Shown here: one piece after another, positions 10,665 through 20,886 of the stretch
Numbering within the stretch: position 1 is the stretch's first letter
Layout of the letters: each line of letters starts with the position of its first letter
Virus record (IMG/VR): IMGVR_UViG_3300047494_000058
Coordinates: 8,225 to 72,224 of that record
Source: a virus
Direction: 5' to 3' (one strand)
DNA length: 64,000 bases
Position numbers and translations under genes: made by a program
Notes under the pieces: generated by a model
Database searches by the model: none
What the model was told of the DNA's origin: nothing
The model's input: only the letters and a program-made list of their open reading frames with translations

Positions 10665-11105
10665 ATGGCTACTTATAGTTTCAACGACGTCGTGGCGTCC
10701 ATCGCCGGGCCGACCGGCATGATATCGCTGGGCTACGGCAATGCCGTGGCCGATGAGGGCATCTCGGTCGACATGGCCGGTGACAAGAACACCATGACCA
10801 TCGGCGCCGACGGCTCGGTCATGCACTCCCTGCACGCCGATCGCTCGGGCCACGTGACCCTGCGCCTGCTCAAGACGTCGCCGCAGAACTCGCTCCTGCA
10901 GGCAATGTACGACGCGCAGACGGCGTCCGCGGCGCTGCACGGCACGAACACCATCACGGTGTCGCATGCGGTGTCGGGCGACATCACGACCGCTTCCACC
11001 TGTGCGTTCAAGAAGAAGCCCAACATCAAGTATTCCAAGGACGGCGACGTCCTGGAGTGGCAGTGGGACGCGGGCAAGATTACCACGGTCCTGGGCACGT
11101 ACTGA
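10665..11105 (+). CDS. Tail tube protein (DUF3277-like)
   Basis: MATYSF.DV, KNTMTIGADG.VMHSLHA, LLKTSP.N. Confidence 0.9.
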   Translation: MATYSFNDVVASIAGPTGMISLGYGNAVADEGISVDMAGDKNTMTIGADGSVMHSLHADRSGHVTLRLLKTSPQNSLLQAMYDAQTASAALHGTNTITVSHAVSGDITTASTCAFKKKPNIKYSKDGDVLEWQWDAGKITTVLGTY

Positions 11106-11137
11106 TTCATCCGTCTTCTTAGGGGTTCTACAACAAA

Positions 11138-11614
11138 ATGGCTACACCTGACGGCGCACGGGCGCCCACCGAGTTCACGTTCGGTGATCACCAATATCGC
11201 ATTCTCAAGCTGTCGGCGATGAAGCAGCTGCACCTGAGCCGCAAGATCGCGCCGCTCATTCCGCCCCTGGCTCCGGTCCTCGCCAAGGTCTCGACCTCGC
11301 GCGACGACCGCCAGGGGCTGGTGGACATGGTGCAGCTGATGGGGCCGTTCGCGGAGGGCCTAGCGGAGCTTTCGGACGAGATCTCCGAATACGTGGTCAA
11401 CATCTGTATGGACGCGGTCCAGCGCGAAGTATCCCACAACGTATGGATGCGGGTGTGGTCGGCCGACTCCACCTCACAGTTCCCGGAGCTCAACGACCTG
11501 GGGAACGTCCTGCAGCTGGTGGCCAAGGTCATCTGGGACGCCCTCGGCCCTTTTATACAAGGACTGCTTACCGACCAGCCGTCCGTGACTCCAGCCAAGA
11601 CCCCGGAGCTATAG
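11138..11614 (+). CDS. Tail assembly chaperone (G)
   Basis: YRILKLSAMKQLHLSRKIAP; between tube and tape measure genes. Confidence 0.85.
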   Translation: MATPDGARAPTEFTFGDHQYRILKLSAMKQLHLSRKIAPLIPPLAPVLAKVSTSRDDRQGLVDMVQLMGPFAEGLAELSDEISEYVVNICMDAVQREVSHNVWMRVWSADSTSQFPELNDLGNVLQLVAKVIWDALGPFIQGLLTDQPSVTPAKTPEL

Positions 11615-11793
11615 CCTACGACACGCTGCCCGGCGGCGAGGACTGGCTGCTCACTCCGGTGGCCGAGGGCATGTGTAAGTATGAGTCGCTCATCGACGGC
11701 ACGCTCGACATCTGCGACGTCGCCCTCATGAATGAGGTACTCATGGTACGTGCAATTAACCGCAACCGGCCCCGGCCAACCGACGAGACCTGA
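11548..11793 (+). CDS. -1 frameshift extension of tail chaperone (GT)
   Basis: Slippery heptamer C-CCT-TTT at 11548-11554; -1 frame open to 11793 with LPGGEDWLL.PV...YESL.DGTLD..DVALMN. Confidence 0.8.
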   Translation, partial: PFYTRTAYRPAVRDSSQDPGAIAYDTLPGGEDWLLTPVAEGMCKYESLIDGTLDICDVALMNEVLMVRAINRNRPRPTDET

Positions 11794-11796
11794 CGT

Positions 11797-13641
11797 ATGG
11801 CCGATGAAAACGTACTCAAATCGTTCCTCGTTAAGGTAGGCTTCAGCCACGACGAGGCTGCACTCACCAAGATCGAGAAGGGCATCGGCTCCGCGACCAA
11901 GGTGGTGGTGGGGTTCGCAGCGGCGGTCGAGGCCGCGGCCGACGCCGTGTTCTACGGCGTGGCGCGCTTCGCCAACAGCTTGGAGAACCTGTACTTCGCG
12001 TCGATCCGGACTGGCACGACTGCGGCGAACTTGAAGGCCCTGGACCGGGCGTCCATGAGCTTCGGCACTGCGGCCGGCGAGGCGCTGGCCTCCGCGGATG
12101 CGCTGGCGCGGTTCTTCCGCAACAACCCCGGCGGCGCAACCTGGCTCAACGCCATGCTCGGTCAGGTGGGCGAGTCCGCGTTCGACAGTAAGGGCCAGGT
12201 GCGGTCCATCGAGGAGCTTGAACTCGCGCTGGGCAAGCTGTTCGCGCGTAACACGCGCGGCGGCCAGGGGTTCCTGAACACGCAGATTGCCGACATGATC
12301 GGCATGAGCGAAAAGCAGATGCTGGCGATCCAGTCGCCGGACTACGCCCGCAAGCTCGCCGAGGAAAAGGCGTACATGCAGTCGTCGGGCCTTAACGACG
12401 CGGCCGACGGCGCGCACCGGTTCAACGAATCACTGCGCCGGCTCGATGACCAGCTATACGTGTTTGGCGTGCGCGTGGTCGACGTCCTGGAGAAAAAGCT
12501 CGGCTTCTCGCTCGACAAGGTAACGCAGTGGTTCGTGTCTAACGGCCCATGGCTCGCGAACGAAGTTGTCCGCCTGGTCGGTGCCTGGATTGATGAGTTC
12601 AACCGCTTCCTGCAGTGGGTCACGACCAACTGGCCGCGCATTAAGGCGCACATCATCCAGACCCTGTTCGAGATTAACTGGGCGTGGCAGATGCACGTCA
12701 AGCCCGCGCTCGAATGGATGATCACCAAGTTCGAGCAGATGGACCAGAAGACCGGCGGCTGGTCGACTACTCTGATCGGACTGTTGCTGGTCCTCAAGGA
12801 ACTGGGCGCGACCCCGATCATCGCCGGCATCCTCGGACTTGGCCGCGCCATCACCGGCCTGGGGACCGCGGGAGCGGCCATCGGCACGGGCGGCGTGCTG
12901 GGATTCCTCGGGCTGGCCGGCGTCGCTGCCGGCGTCATGGGCGTGGGCGAGTGGCTGCGGCAGAAGCTGGGCATCCCGTCCGAGGCCGAGATGGTATCGG
13001 GCGCCTGGAACGTCATCAGCAACCCGGGCCAGACCATCGAGAATGTGGAGAAGTGGTGGGCCGGCTTCCGTAACCCTGCGGTCAAGTACAGCAACATGCT
13101 GCAGGCGCAGGGGTTGTCCAAGTCCCAGGCCGACGGCCTCACCTCCAACATCCTGACCGAGTCGTCCGGCGACAAGGACGCGATGAACACGGTAGTCGAC
13201 CCCAAGACGGGTAAGAAGAAATACTTCATGGGCCTGTTCCAGCTGGGCCTCGGCGAGCAGCAGGAGTATTACAAGCAAATGGGGCGCCGTATCGACGGGC
13301 CGTTCGGCATGGATTCGGCCGAGAACCAGATCGCGTTCATGATGAAGCGTATGAAGCAGATCCCCGGACTCATGGAGGGGCTGCAGGCGCACCAGGGCGA
13401 CGGCGCGTATAACGCGGCCTGGAACGCGGAGTTCTTCAACCACATGTACGAGAAGCCCGGCAACTATGCGGTGGAAGACCCCAAGCGTGCCGGCCGCGCG
13501 ATTACGATCAACCAGCACACGGACGTCACGATCCACGCGCCCAACAAGGACGTCGCCGAGAGCGCGGTTGACCGGTTCCGCCGGCAGCTGAACACCGATG
13601 CCATGACTGCGATACGCCAGGCCGCAGGGGCGACGCAGTAA
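11797..13641 (+). CDS. Tape measure protein with C-terminal lysozyme-like domain
   Basis: VLKSFLVKVGF start, LENLYFAS.RTG; C-terminal ADGLTSNILTESSG...GLFQ...YEKP. Confidence 0.85.
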   Translation: MADENVLKSFLVKVGFSHDEAALTKIEKGIGSATKVVVGFAAAVEAAADAVFYGVARFANSLENLYFASIRTGTTAANLKALDRASMSFGTAAGEALASADALARFFRNNPGGATWLNAMLGQVGESAFDSKGQVRSIEELELALGKLFARNTRGGQGFLNTQIADMIGMSEKQMLAIQSPDYARKLAEEKAYMQSSGLNDAADGAHRFNESLRRLDDQLYVFGVRVVDVLEKKLGFSLDKVTQWFVSNGPWLANEVVRLVGAWIDEFNRFLQWVTTNWPRIKAHIIQTLFEINWAWQMHVKPALEWMITKFEQMDQKTGGWSTTLIGLLLVLKELGATPIIAGILGLGRAITGLGTAGAAIGTGGVLGFLGLAGVAAGVMGVGEWLRQKLGIPSEAEMVSGAWNVISNPGQTIENVEKWWAGFRNPAVKYSNMLQAQGLSKSQADGLTSNILTESSGDKDAMNTVVDPKTGKKKYFMGLFQLGLGEQQEYYKQMGRRIDGPFGMDSAENQIAFMMKRMKQIPGLMEGLQAHQGDGAYNAAWNAEFFNHMYEKPGNYAVEDPKRAGRAITINQHTDVTIHAPNKDVAESAVDRFRRQLNTDAMTAIRQAAGATQ

Positions 13642-14381
13642 TGGCTAACCTGGGCTCAGCCATCGGCGCGGCGCTGGTCGGCCAGGGTATTGCCGCGGGC
13701 CTCGACCTCGCGGGCGACACGCTCAACGCGGCCGGTTACGGCGGCTTCATTGACATCATCCCGACAGGCAGCCTGGGGTCGATCTCAATCCAGGCGACCT
13801 TCGAGGAGCGCCTGACCGACACGATCCAGATCACGGAACACCCGGTCGAGTCCGGCGTCCAGGTTTCGGACCACGCCTACGTGCGCAACCCCGAGGTTAC
13901 GATCCGCTGCGGCTGGTCGAACTCCAACGGGTTCCTGGGCGCGCTCGGTGAGCTTGAGGGCATCGCCAGCGCGGTTAACCAGCAGCTGAACGGCGCGGGC
14001 CTGGACTTCGGCGCACTGACGGCCGACTCCTACCCCAGCGTCGGCGGCTACGTCTCCGGGATCTACCAGCAGTTGCAGGACCTGCAGCAGTCGCTCAGGC
14101 CGTTCACCATCGCGACGACCATCCGCACTTACCTGAACATGATGATGACATCACTGTCGGTGACGCGCGACCAGAAGACGAGCCAGGCGCTGATGGTAAC
14201 CGCGGTGTGCCGGCAGATCAAGATGGTGTCGACCAGTTCGGCCACCCTGCCGCCGGCCAACAACATGGCCAACCCGACCAACAGCGACACGGTAGACTCG
14301 GGAGTGCAGACCGCGGTCCCGGCGAGCGGGATTAACAGCAGCGGCGCTTATGATCCCAACGGCATCTTCCCGAGTTCGTGA
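13641..14381 (+). CDS. Baseplate/tube initiator protein
   Basis: ITEHPVESG..VSDHAY..PEVTIRCGWS; Y.NM. Confidence 0.8.
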   Translation: MANLGSAIGAALVGQGIAAGLDLAGDTLNAAGYGGFIDIIPTGSLGSISIQATFEERLTDTIQITEHPVESGVQVSDHAYVRNPEVTIRCGWSNSNGFLGALGELEGIASAVNQQLNGAGLDFGALTADSYPSVGGYVSGIYQQLQDLQQSLRPFTIATTIRTYLNMMMTSLSVTRDQKTSQALMVTAVCRQIKMVSTSSATLPPANNMANPTNSDTVDSGVQTAVPASGINSSGAYDPNGIFPSS

Positions 14382-14704
14382 TGCCCGCGCCCTCCGCCTA
14401 CATCGTGCCGCTGCAGCCGAACCCGCAGACGTTCCAGATCACGCTGGGCAGTAATACCTACCGTTTCACGGCGCTGTGGCGTAACAATGCCTTGGGCGGC
14501 TGGTTCCTGGACATCGCAGACGCCAACAACAATGCACTGGTGAGCGGCATCCCGATGGTCACCGGCTGCGACCTGCTAGCGCAGTACAAGTACCTGAACT
14601 TCGGCGGGCAGCTGGTGGTGCAGACGACTTCGGACACCGACGCGGTGCCGACCTTCATCAACCTGGGGTCGGATGGCATGCTGTACTGGATACCCAACCC
14701 GTGA
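14378..14704 (+). CDS. Small baseplate protein
   Basis: PQTFQITLG, WFLDIADA, GIPMVTGCDLLAQY. Confidence 0.8.
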   Translation: MMPAPSAYIVPLQPNPQTFQITLGSNTYRFTALWRNNALGGWFLDIADANNNALVSGIPMVTGCDLLAQYKYLNFGGQLVVQTTSDTDAVPTFINLGSDGMLYWIPNP

Positions 14705-15708
14705 CCATAGCAGTGTCGACCATCCCGGGTACGGTCCAGTTCGGCCGCAAGTTCTCGTTTGTGGTGGGCACCACCGCGGGCGGCGGCCTCGAACTCGGCA
14801 CGTTCCGCTGCGTGTTCCACATCCAGCGCGGTGACTTCCAGAATCCGAACACCTGCGACGTCCGCGTGTACAACCTGGCGCCGGCCACGGCCAACGTGTT
14901 GGCGCAGAAGGAGTTCACCCAGCTGGCCGTGCAGGCTGGCTACCCCGGCAACTACGGGCTCATCTTCCGCGGCGGCATCACCCAGGTGAGGCTCGGACGC
15001 GAGAGCCAGACCGACTCATATGTGGACTTCACCGCGGGCGACGGCGACGAGGCATACAACTTCGCCAACGTCGTGAGCAGCCAGGTAGCGGGCGCCGATC
15101 ATAACACGCGCATCCTGGGCGACATGCTCACGGCCATGGCGGCCAAGGGCGTGGCGCCGGGCGACTGCCGCGAAACCGTATGGGGCAATGATAACAAGCC
15201 CCGCGGCGTCGTTACCTACGGCTCGGTCTGCCGGCGGCTGCGCGGCATCACGCGCGACAATGACTACATCTGGAGCATCCAGGACGGCGTACTCAAGCTG
15301 GTACCACAGACCGCGTACCTACCGGGCGCCATCCCGTTGATCTCGCCCGACACCGGGCTCATCGGCATACCGGAGCAGACGCAGAACGGGGTCAACATGA
15401 CCGTGCTGCTTAACCCCTCCATTAAGATCGGGCAGGCCATCCAGCTGGCCGACCCGCGCGGCGTCAATCAATACAGGTTCGGCGTCGGCCTGGCATCGTC
15501 GGTGTCGAACCTTAATGCCCAGCAGGCCAACAAAATCAGTAGCAACGGCCTGTACTACGTGATGGCGGCCACCCACGTGGGCGACTCGCGCGGTAACGAC
15601 TGGTACACCGCCCTGAACTGCCTGTCAATCAACGCCACCATAGCGCCGGGCGACCAGACGTACCTGCAGGCGTTCCAGGTGCCCAACGGCCCGCTCTTCA
15701 GGTACTAA
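14701..15708 (+). CDS. Baseplate hub protein
   Basis: PNTCDVRVYNL, LQAGY-like, DGDEAY, WSIQDG, TGLIGIPEQT, GDSRGNDWY. Confidence 0.85.
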   Translation: MTIAVSTIPGTVQFGRKFSFVVGTTAGGGLELGTFRCVFHIQRGDFQNPNTCDVRVYNLAPATANVLAQKEFTQLAVQAGYPGNYGLIFRGGITQVRLGRESQTDSYVDFTAGDGDEAYNFANVVSSQVAGADHNTRILGDMLTAMAAKGVAPGDCRETVWGNDNKPRGVVTYGSVCRRLRGITRDNDYIWSIQDGVLKLVPQTAYLPGAIPLISPDTGLIGIPEQTQNGVNMTVLLNPSIKIGQAIQLADPRGVNQYRFGVGLASSVSNLNAQQANKISSNGLYYVMAATHVGDSRGNDWYTALNCLSINATIAPGDQTYLQAFQVPNGPLFRY

Positions 15709-15710
15709 CG

Positions 15711-16427
15711 ATGCACAGATCCGAACGCGTCCACAACCTACCGGAGATGCTGTACCAGGTCGCGCTCGCGGAGCGCTCCGACATGTGGACCGCACTACCC
15801 GGCTTCGTCGTGAAGTTTCCTGGGAGTGCGGGCGGCGCCATGACCGTGGACATTCAGCCGACGGTCAACGGTATGTACACCGACGAGAAGGGCCTCAACC
15901 ACTTCCAGCGCATGCCGGTGCTGCTCGACTGTCCCATCGTGTGGGCCGGCGGCGGCGGCGCCACGCTCACGTTCCCCATCACCGCGGGCACGGAGCAAAC
16001 CGGCGACGAGGCCCTCGTGATCATAGCGTCGCGTGCCATCGACAGCTGGTGGTACCACGGCGGCATCCAGAACCCGGTGAGCCTGCGCATGCACGACCTG
16101 TCGGACGGGTTCGCGATCATCGGGCTCAAGTCACTGCCCAGATCGTTCGCCGTCGACACCTCGAACGTGTGCCTGACGTCCAACGACCTGCAGACTTATG
16201 TCAAGATGAGCCCGGCCGGCAAAACCGTGGCGATCCAGGCCAGCAACGGCATCAATCTCAACGGCGTCACCATCGACTCGGCGGGCAATATCGGCAACGT
16301 GAAGAATTTGACCGGCGCGGGATCGGGAGCCGTCACCGGCTTTACCGACGCGTCGAACACGGCGAACACGAGCCTGACGACCCACTATCACACGGCGGGC
16401 GGACCTCCCCCGATACCGGGGAGCTAG
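15711..16427 (+). CDS. Baseplate central spike
   Basis: LTFPI..GDE, RAIDSWW, RMHDLSDGFAI, C-terminal THYH (HxH metal tip). Confidence 0.85.
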   Translation: MHRSERVHNLPEMLYQVALAERSDMWTALPGFVVKFPGSAGGAMTVDIQPTVNGMYTDEKGLNHFQRMPVLLDCPIVWAGGGGATLTFPITAGTEQTGDEALVIIASRAIDSWWYHGGIQNPVSLRMHDLSDGFAIIGLKSLPRSFAVDTSNVCLTSNDLQTYVKMSPAGKTVAIQASNGINLNGVTIDSAGNIGNVKNLTGAGSGAVTGFTDASNTANTSLTTHYHTAGGPPPIPGS

Positions 16428-16428
16428 C

Positions 16429-16788
16429 ATGCGATACCGTCAGCTGGGCCTCGGCGGCGACTACACGGTCGACACGCCGTTCCTTATAAACTCGCCCGCG
16501 TGTGTCGCTCAGGCGATCCTCACGCGCCTGAAGCTGTTCCTGGGCGAATGGTTCGTGGACACCACCGACGGGACGCCCTGGTTCCAAAGCATCCTCGGCA
16601 AGAACTACAATAACCCGGACGCGCTCATCAAGCAGCGCATCATAGGCACACAAGGGGTGACCTCGATTGCCACATATTCAAGCTCCTTTAACGGCCCGAC
16701 GCGGGCGCTCACGGTGAACACCACGGCGAATACGCTGTACGGGATCACTGCCCCGGTCATTGTCTCACAGATATTGCCCACGGTCTGA
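16429..16788 (+). CDS. Baseplate wedge (gp25-like) protein
   Basis: VAQAILTRLKLFLGEWFVDTTDGTPW, RIIGTQGV. Confidence 0.8.
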   Translation: MRYRQLGLGGDYTVDTPFLINSPACVAQAILTRLKLFLGEWFVDTTDGTPWFQSILGKNYNNPDALIKQRIIGTQGVTSIATYSSSFNGPTRALTVNTTANTLYGITAPVIVSQILPTV

Positions 16789-16793
16789 CCTCT

Positions 16794-17966
16794 ATGGCAT
16801 CCAAGTACGCCCCTGTGATCACCGCTGCCGGCATCACCTCGAACACCTTCGCCCAGAACCTGGCATACCTCACGGCGGACTACCAGACGATATTCGGGTC
16901 GGATGTCTACCTGGGGAATGACTCCCAGGACGGCCAGTTCATCGCGATCCTGGCCCAGGCGTTTACGGACCTCGGCGACGCGGCGGTGGCGGTGTACAAT
17001 TCATTCAGCCCGGCCACCGCGGTCGGCGCCGGCCTGTCGTCCATTGTTAAGCTCAACGGCCTGGGGCGCCTGGTCCCGTCGTCGTCCACGGTCGGGCTCA
17101 CCATCGTGGGCGTCGCCGGCACACAGATCTACAACGGGCAGGCCCAGGACACCGCCGGGAACCTCTGGAACCTGCCTCCCGTGGTCGTGATCCCGACATC
17201 CGGTACCATAGTAGTGACTGCCACCGCAGCGACCACGGGAGCTATTTCCGCGGCGACGGGAACCATCACGAAGATAGCGACCGCGATCTACGGCTGGCAG
17301 ACGGTAACGAACGCGTCGGCCGCGGCCATCGGTGCCCCGGTCGAGATCGACGCGCAGCTGCGGGTGCGGCAGTCGACCTCGGTGTCGCTGCCGTCGCTCA
17401 CGATCTTCGAGGGCATCCAGGCGGCCATCGCCAACCTGACCGGCGTCACCCGCTCGCGCGGCTACGAGAACAACACCGGCACGACCAACAGCAACGGCAT
17501 CCCGCGTAACACCCTGTACTTCGTGGTCGAGGGCGGCGCGCAGTCGGATATCATCAATGCGATCGCGTCCAAGATCACGCCGGGTATCGGCACCCAGGGC
17601 TCGATCAGCCAGACGGTGACCGACAGCTATGGCTCGACGCGGCTCGTTAAGTTTGACACGCCGACTGAGCAGACTATCCAGGTCGCGATCACGGTCCACC
17701 CCCTGAGCGGCTGGTCGTCGACCACGATCCCGGTCATCCAGGCCGCGGTGGCGGCCTACCTGTCGAACCTGCCCATCGGCACCAACGTAAGCTATACCGG
17801 CATGTTCCTGCCGGCGTACCTGCCGGGGACGATCTATGCCGGCACCTTCAGCATCACGTCGCTCACCCTGCAGGGCTCGGGCGGCGCTGCCGCGGCCGAC
17901 GTCGCGTTGTCGTACAACACGGCCCCGGTGAGCGCGCCGGCCAACGTCACGATCACGGTGTCCTGA
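16794..17966 (+). CDS. Baseplate J-like wedge protein
   Basis: DSQDGQ, YNSFSPATA.G..L, E.DAQLR.RQ, YENNT, VVEGG. Confidence 0.9.
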   Translation: MASKYAPVITAAGITSNTFAQNLAYLTADYQTIFGSDVYLGNDSQDGQFIAILAQAFTDLGDAAVAVYNSFSPATAVGAGLSSIVKLNGLGRLVPSSSTVGLTIVGVAGTQIYNGQAQDTAGNLWNLPPVVVIPTSGTIVVTATAATTGAISAATGTITKIATAIYGWQTVTNASAAAIGAPVEIDAQLRVRQSTSVSLPSLTIFEGIQAAIANLTGVTRSRGYENNTGTTNSNGIPRNTLYFVVEGGAQSDIINAIASKITPGIGTQGSISQTVTDSYGSTRLVKFDTPTEQTIQVAITVHPLSGWSSTTIPVIQAAVAAYLSNLPIGTNVSYTGMFLPAYLPGTIYAGTFSITSLTLQGSGGAAAADVALSYNTAPVSAPANVTITVS

Positions 17967-17967
17967 C

Positions 17968-18642
17968 ATGTCATGGTCAGCCGACAGCGGCGACATTACA
18001 GCCGACAGCGGCCTGGTCACCGCCGATGGCGCATACCTCACGAGCCCGACTGCGGCGCCGTACCTCGGGCTGATCACCTCCGAACACCGCTTTCAGCCCA
18101 AGTTCGCCGCACTAATGGCAGTGCTGCTGAGCGCTGTGGGCGACACGACCGCGGTCATCAACTCGATGCCGGGTAAGTTCGACCTGGATACGGCAGTCGG
18201 CAACCAGCTGGACATCGACGGCGCCTGGGTCGGCCAGGACCGCGTCATTACGCAGGTGCTGCTGGTCGAATTTTTCGGGTTCGCGGACGACCAGGCGGCG
18301 CTCACCATGGGCGAGCTTACCAACCCGACCATCGGCGGCGTGTTCTACGAACTCGGCGCCACGTTCGCGCAGTCGACCACGCTGTCGGACGACGACTACC
18401 GCACTATCATCCGGGCGCGCATCGTCCGCAACCAGGCCAACGGCACGCTGTCGGACCTGGAGGCCGCGCTGGAATACATCTTCCAGGTGCCCTGCGCAGT
18501 GGCCGACATCGGTGACCAGTCCCTTGCCATCGAAGTCTCGGCCCCGATCACGCAGACCCAGGAGGCGCTGCTCAATACGCTCGACATATTGCCGCGACCA
18601 GCCGGTGTTGCCATCGGCTCGATCACGTACTCCCCACTATAA
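17968..18642 (+). CDS. Baseplate protein (DUF2612-like)
   Basis: LITSEH..PKF, FDLDTAVG.QLD, LSDDDYR..IRARI, LPRPAGV. Confidence 0.85.
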   Translation: MSWSADSGDITADSGLVTADGAYLTSPTAAPYLGLITSEHRFQPKFAALMAVLLSAVGDTTAVINSMPGKFDLDTAVGNQLDIDGAWVGQDRVITQVLLVEFFGFADDQAALTMGELTNPTIGGVFYELGATFAQSTTLSDDDYRTIIRARIVRNQANGTLSDLEAALEYIFQVPCAVADIGDQSLAIEVSAPITQTQEALLNTLDILPRPAGVAIGSITYSPL

Positions 18643-18654
18643 CGAGACTCTTGA

Positions 18655-19758
18655 ATGACCAACATCGCCATCACCAAGCCGGTGGTCCGTCCGGTTTGGG
18701 CCAGCCTGGCAGCGGCAGCGGCTCTCGTCGATCCGGACACCATTACCGCGAGCTATGTTGCCAACGGCTGGCCACTGTCATCGACTCCGCCGGCCCGGCA
18801 GTTCTGGAACTGGGTACTCAACTACTGCATGAACGGCGTGGCGTACTTCAGCCGGCGCGGCATCACCGACTGGGACTCGAACCAGACCTACTCGACATAC
18901 GACGTGTGCCTGGCGACCAACGGCGTGGTCTACCAGTCGCTGCAGGCCAACAACACCAACAACACGCCGCAGACGTCGCCGGCCTTCTGGGGCGGGCTCA
19001 ATGGCTACGCCCTGACCGGCGTGTTGGGCGGTTACGTCACCAGCGCGCAGCTGTCGGCGGCCCTGGGCTCGTACGTCACAACCGCGGCGCTGTCCGCGGA
19101 CCTGTCAAACTACGTCACCAACGCGGGGCTGGCAGGGACGCTGTCGACATACGCCACCCAGGCGTATGTTAATGCTAACGGCGCGTCGGCGGTGTACCAG
19201 TCCGAGGCGTACACGCAGGCCGCGCTCGGGCCTTATGCCACCGCGGCACAGGTCACGGCGGTCCTGGCCAGCTATGCCACGCTGTCATACCTTCAATACG
19301 CGTACTATACCTCGGCCGCCGTGAACAGCCTCCTGGCCAGCTACGAGACGACGACCGTCCTCGACGGCCGGTTCGCCGGCTATGCGCCACTGGTCAGTCC
19401 TGCGATCCAGGGCTCGCCCACCTGCGGCACCCCCGGCATCGGCTCCAACAACGGGCAGATCGCGAACACGTACTATGTCGCCGCGTACGTGAACTCGGTG
19501 TTCCCGGCGTACGGCGCGAGCCCCGGTTACATCCGGCTCAACAGCGGCGTCATCTTCCAGTGGGGCTCGTTCCCTGCCGGCGTCAACGCCCACTCTATCG
19601 CGTTCCCGGTCACCATGAGCAGCGTCTGGTTCTTCGGCGCCCAGGTCTCGGGCGGCAACCCGCTGCCCACCGGTACGGTCGTCAACAACGGGGCCAGCGG
19701 CACCGTGTACTGCGCCTCGAACGCGGTGGCCGGTAACTGGCTCGTCATTGGCATATAG
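18655..19758 (+). CDS. Tail fiber protein
   Basis: PPARQFWNW..N N-terminus; 13-aa YVTxAxLxxxLxx repeats; C-terminal GYIRL.SGVIFQWG...FP domain. Confidence 0.8.
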   Translation: MTNIAITKPVVRPVWASLAAAAALVDPDTITASYVANGWPLSSTPPARQFWNWVLNYCMNGVAYFSRRGITDWDSNQTYSTYDVCLATNGVVYQSLQANNTNNTPQTSPAFWGGLNGYALTGVLGGYVTSAQLSAALGSYVTTAALSADLSNYVTNAGLAGTLSTYATQAYVNANGASAVYQSEAYTQAALGPYATAAQVTAVLASYATLSYLQYAYYTSAAVNSLLASYETTTVLDGRFAGYAPLVSPAIQGSPTCGTPGIGSNNGQIANTYYVAAYVNSVFPAYGASPGYIRLNSGVIFQWGSFPAGVNAHSIAFPVTMSSVWFFGAQVSGGNPLPTGTVVNNGASGTVYCASNAVAGNWLVIGI

Positions 19759-19809
19759 TAACCACGAGCGCGTGTTCGCAAGGAGCGACTACGATGCGGA
19801 AAGCCCACC

Positions 19810-20241
19810 ATGAGTTCACCCGAGATGCCGTCATGGCAGACGATCTACAACTGGGCTGCGGGCGTATTCGGCATCGTCCTTACCGGAGCGGCCACCTTCA
19901 TCGCCTTCTGGTTCCGGCGCTACATCGACAAGGTGGACGCGCTCGAACGCGTGAGCCACGAGTATATCAAGGACGCGGAACTCGCACAGCGCTACGCCTC
20001 ACAGCTGCAGATGGTCGAGCTTGAAAAGAGGATCGCCGACTTGGTCTCCCGCAAGGAACTGCTGGCGCACCTGGAGGAACTGGCTGAACAGCGCCAGATC
20101 AACCACCAGGACAACGTCGAGCGGCTGGAGCGCAACGGCGAGGACATCCGCGAGGTGCGGCGCGAAAGCGGCGAGACCCACAAGCGCATCGACGACATCT
20201 TCAAGCTATTGATGCGGAGGCACCGAGATGACGATAAGTGA
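19810..20241 (+). CDS. Membrane-anchored coiled-coil protein (lysis cassette)
   Basis: N-terminal hydrophobic helix then coiled coil; precedes endolysin. Confidence 0.55.
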   Translation: MSSPEMPSWQTIYNWAAGVFGIVLTGAATFIAFWFRRYIDKVDALERVSHEYIKDAELAQRYASQLQMVELEKRIADLVSRKELLAHLEELAEQRQINHQDNVERLERNGEDIREVRRESGETHKRIDDIFKLLMRRHRDDDK

Positions 20242-20584
20242 CGAGCTTTCCCTACAGTTCATGCACACGCACCTGGTCGCGAAGCTGATCATGTGGGCCG
20301 GCACCCAGGACATCAACCTTACGTGGGGCGAGGCTTACCGCACTGCCGAACAGGCGCAGTGGGACTGCCAGCACCATACCGGCATCAGCGCCAGCCTGCA
20401 CTGCGACCGGCTCGCCGTCGACCTGCAGGCATTCGACGTTAACGGCAACTACCTCACCGACAAAAGTGCTTACCAGCCGCTCGGTGACTACTGGAAGTCG
20501 CTCGATCCGCGCTGCCGCTGGGGCGGCGACTTCACGACCGTCGACGCTGATCACTTTTCGATCACATTCCAAGGGAGATCCTGA
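20228..20584 (+). CDS. Endolysin, M15-family peptidase
   Basis: YRTAEQA, SLHCDRLAVD, WGGDF..D..HFS. Confidence 0.9.
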   Translation: MTISDELSLQFMHTHLVAKLIMWAGTQDINLTWGEAYRTAEQAQWDCQHHTGISASLHCDRLAVDLQAFDVNGNYLTDKSAYQPLGDYWKSLDPRCRWGGDFTTVDADHFSITFQGRS

Positions 20585-20886
20585 TGTCCGACCCCACGCC
20601 TGCGCCGGTAACCCCGGCAATGCCGTTTTATACCTCCAAGGTGTTCATCCTCGCGCTCGTCGATGCGGTGGCGTCAGTCGCGCTCGTGTTCGGCGTACAC
20701 CTTAACACCGACCTGCTCACTAATGCGCTCGTCGCCGTCGCCGCCTTCGTCGCCGTGGGCGCTCCGATATGGACGGCCATCGCCCGCTGGCGCTCCAAAG
20801 TCCAACCCCTTACCACCACTCAAGGAAAAGCTGATGAAAAGAATATTGCCACTCCTCCTATCGTTCCCACTCCTCCTCAGCCTTAG
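20584..20886 (+). CDS. Putative holin
   Basis: PFYTSK followed by two hydrophobic helices; adjacent to endolysin. Confidence 0.6.
   Translation: MSDPTPAPVTPAMPFYTSKVFILALVDAVASVALVFGVHLNTDLLTNALVAVAAFVAVGAPIWTAIARWRSKVQPLTTTQGKADEKNIATPPIVPTPPQP

Noticed and set aside
18655-19810. Diversity-generating retroelement at the tail fiber
   Set aside because: No reverse transcriptase and no template/variable repeat pair seen.
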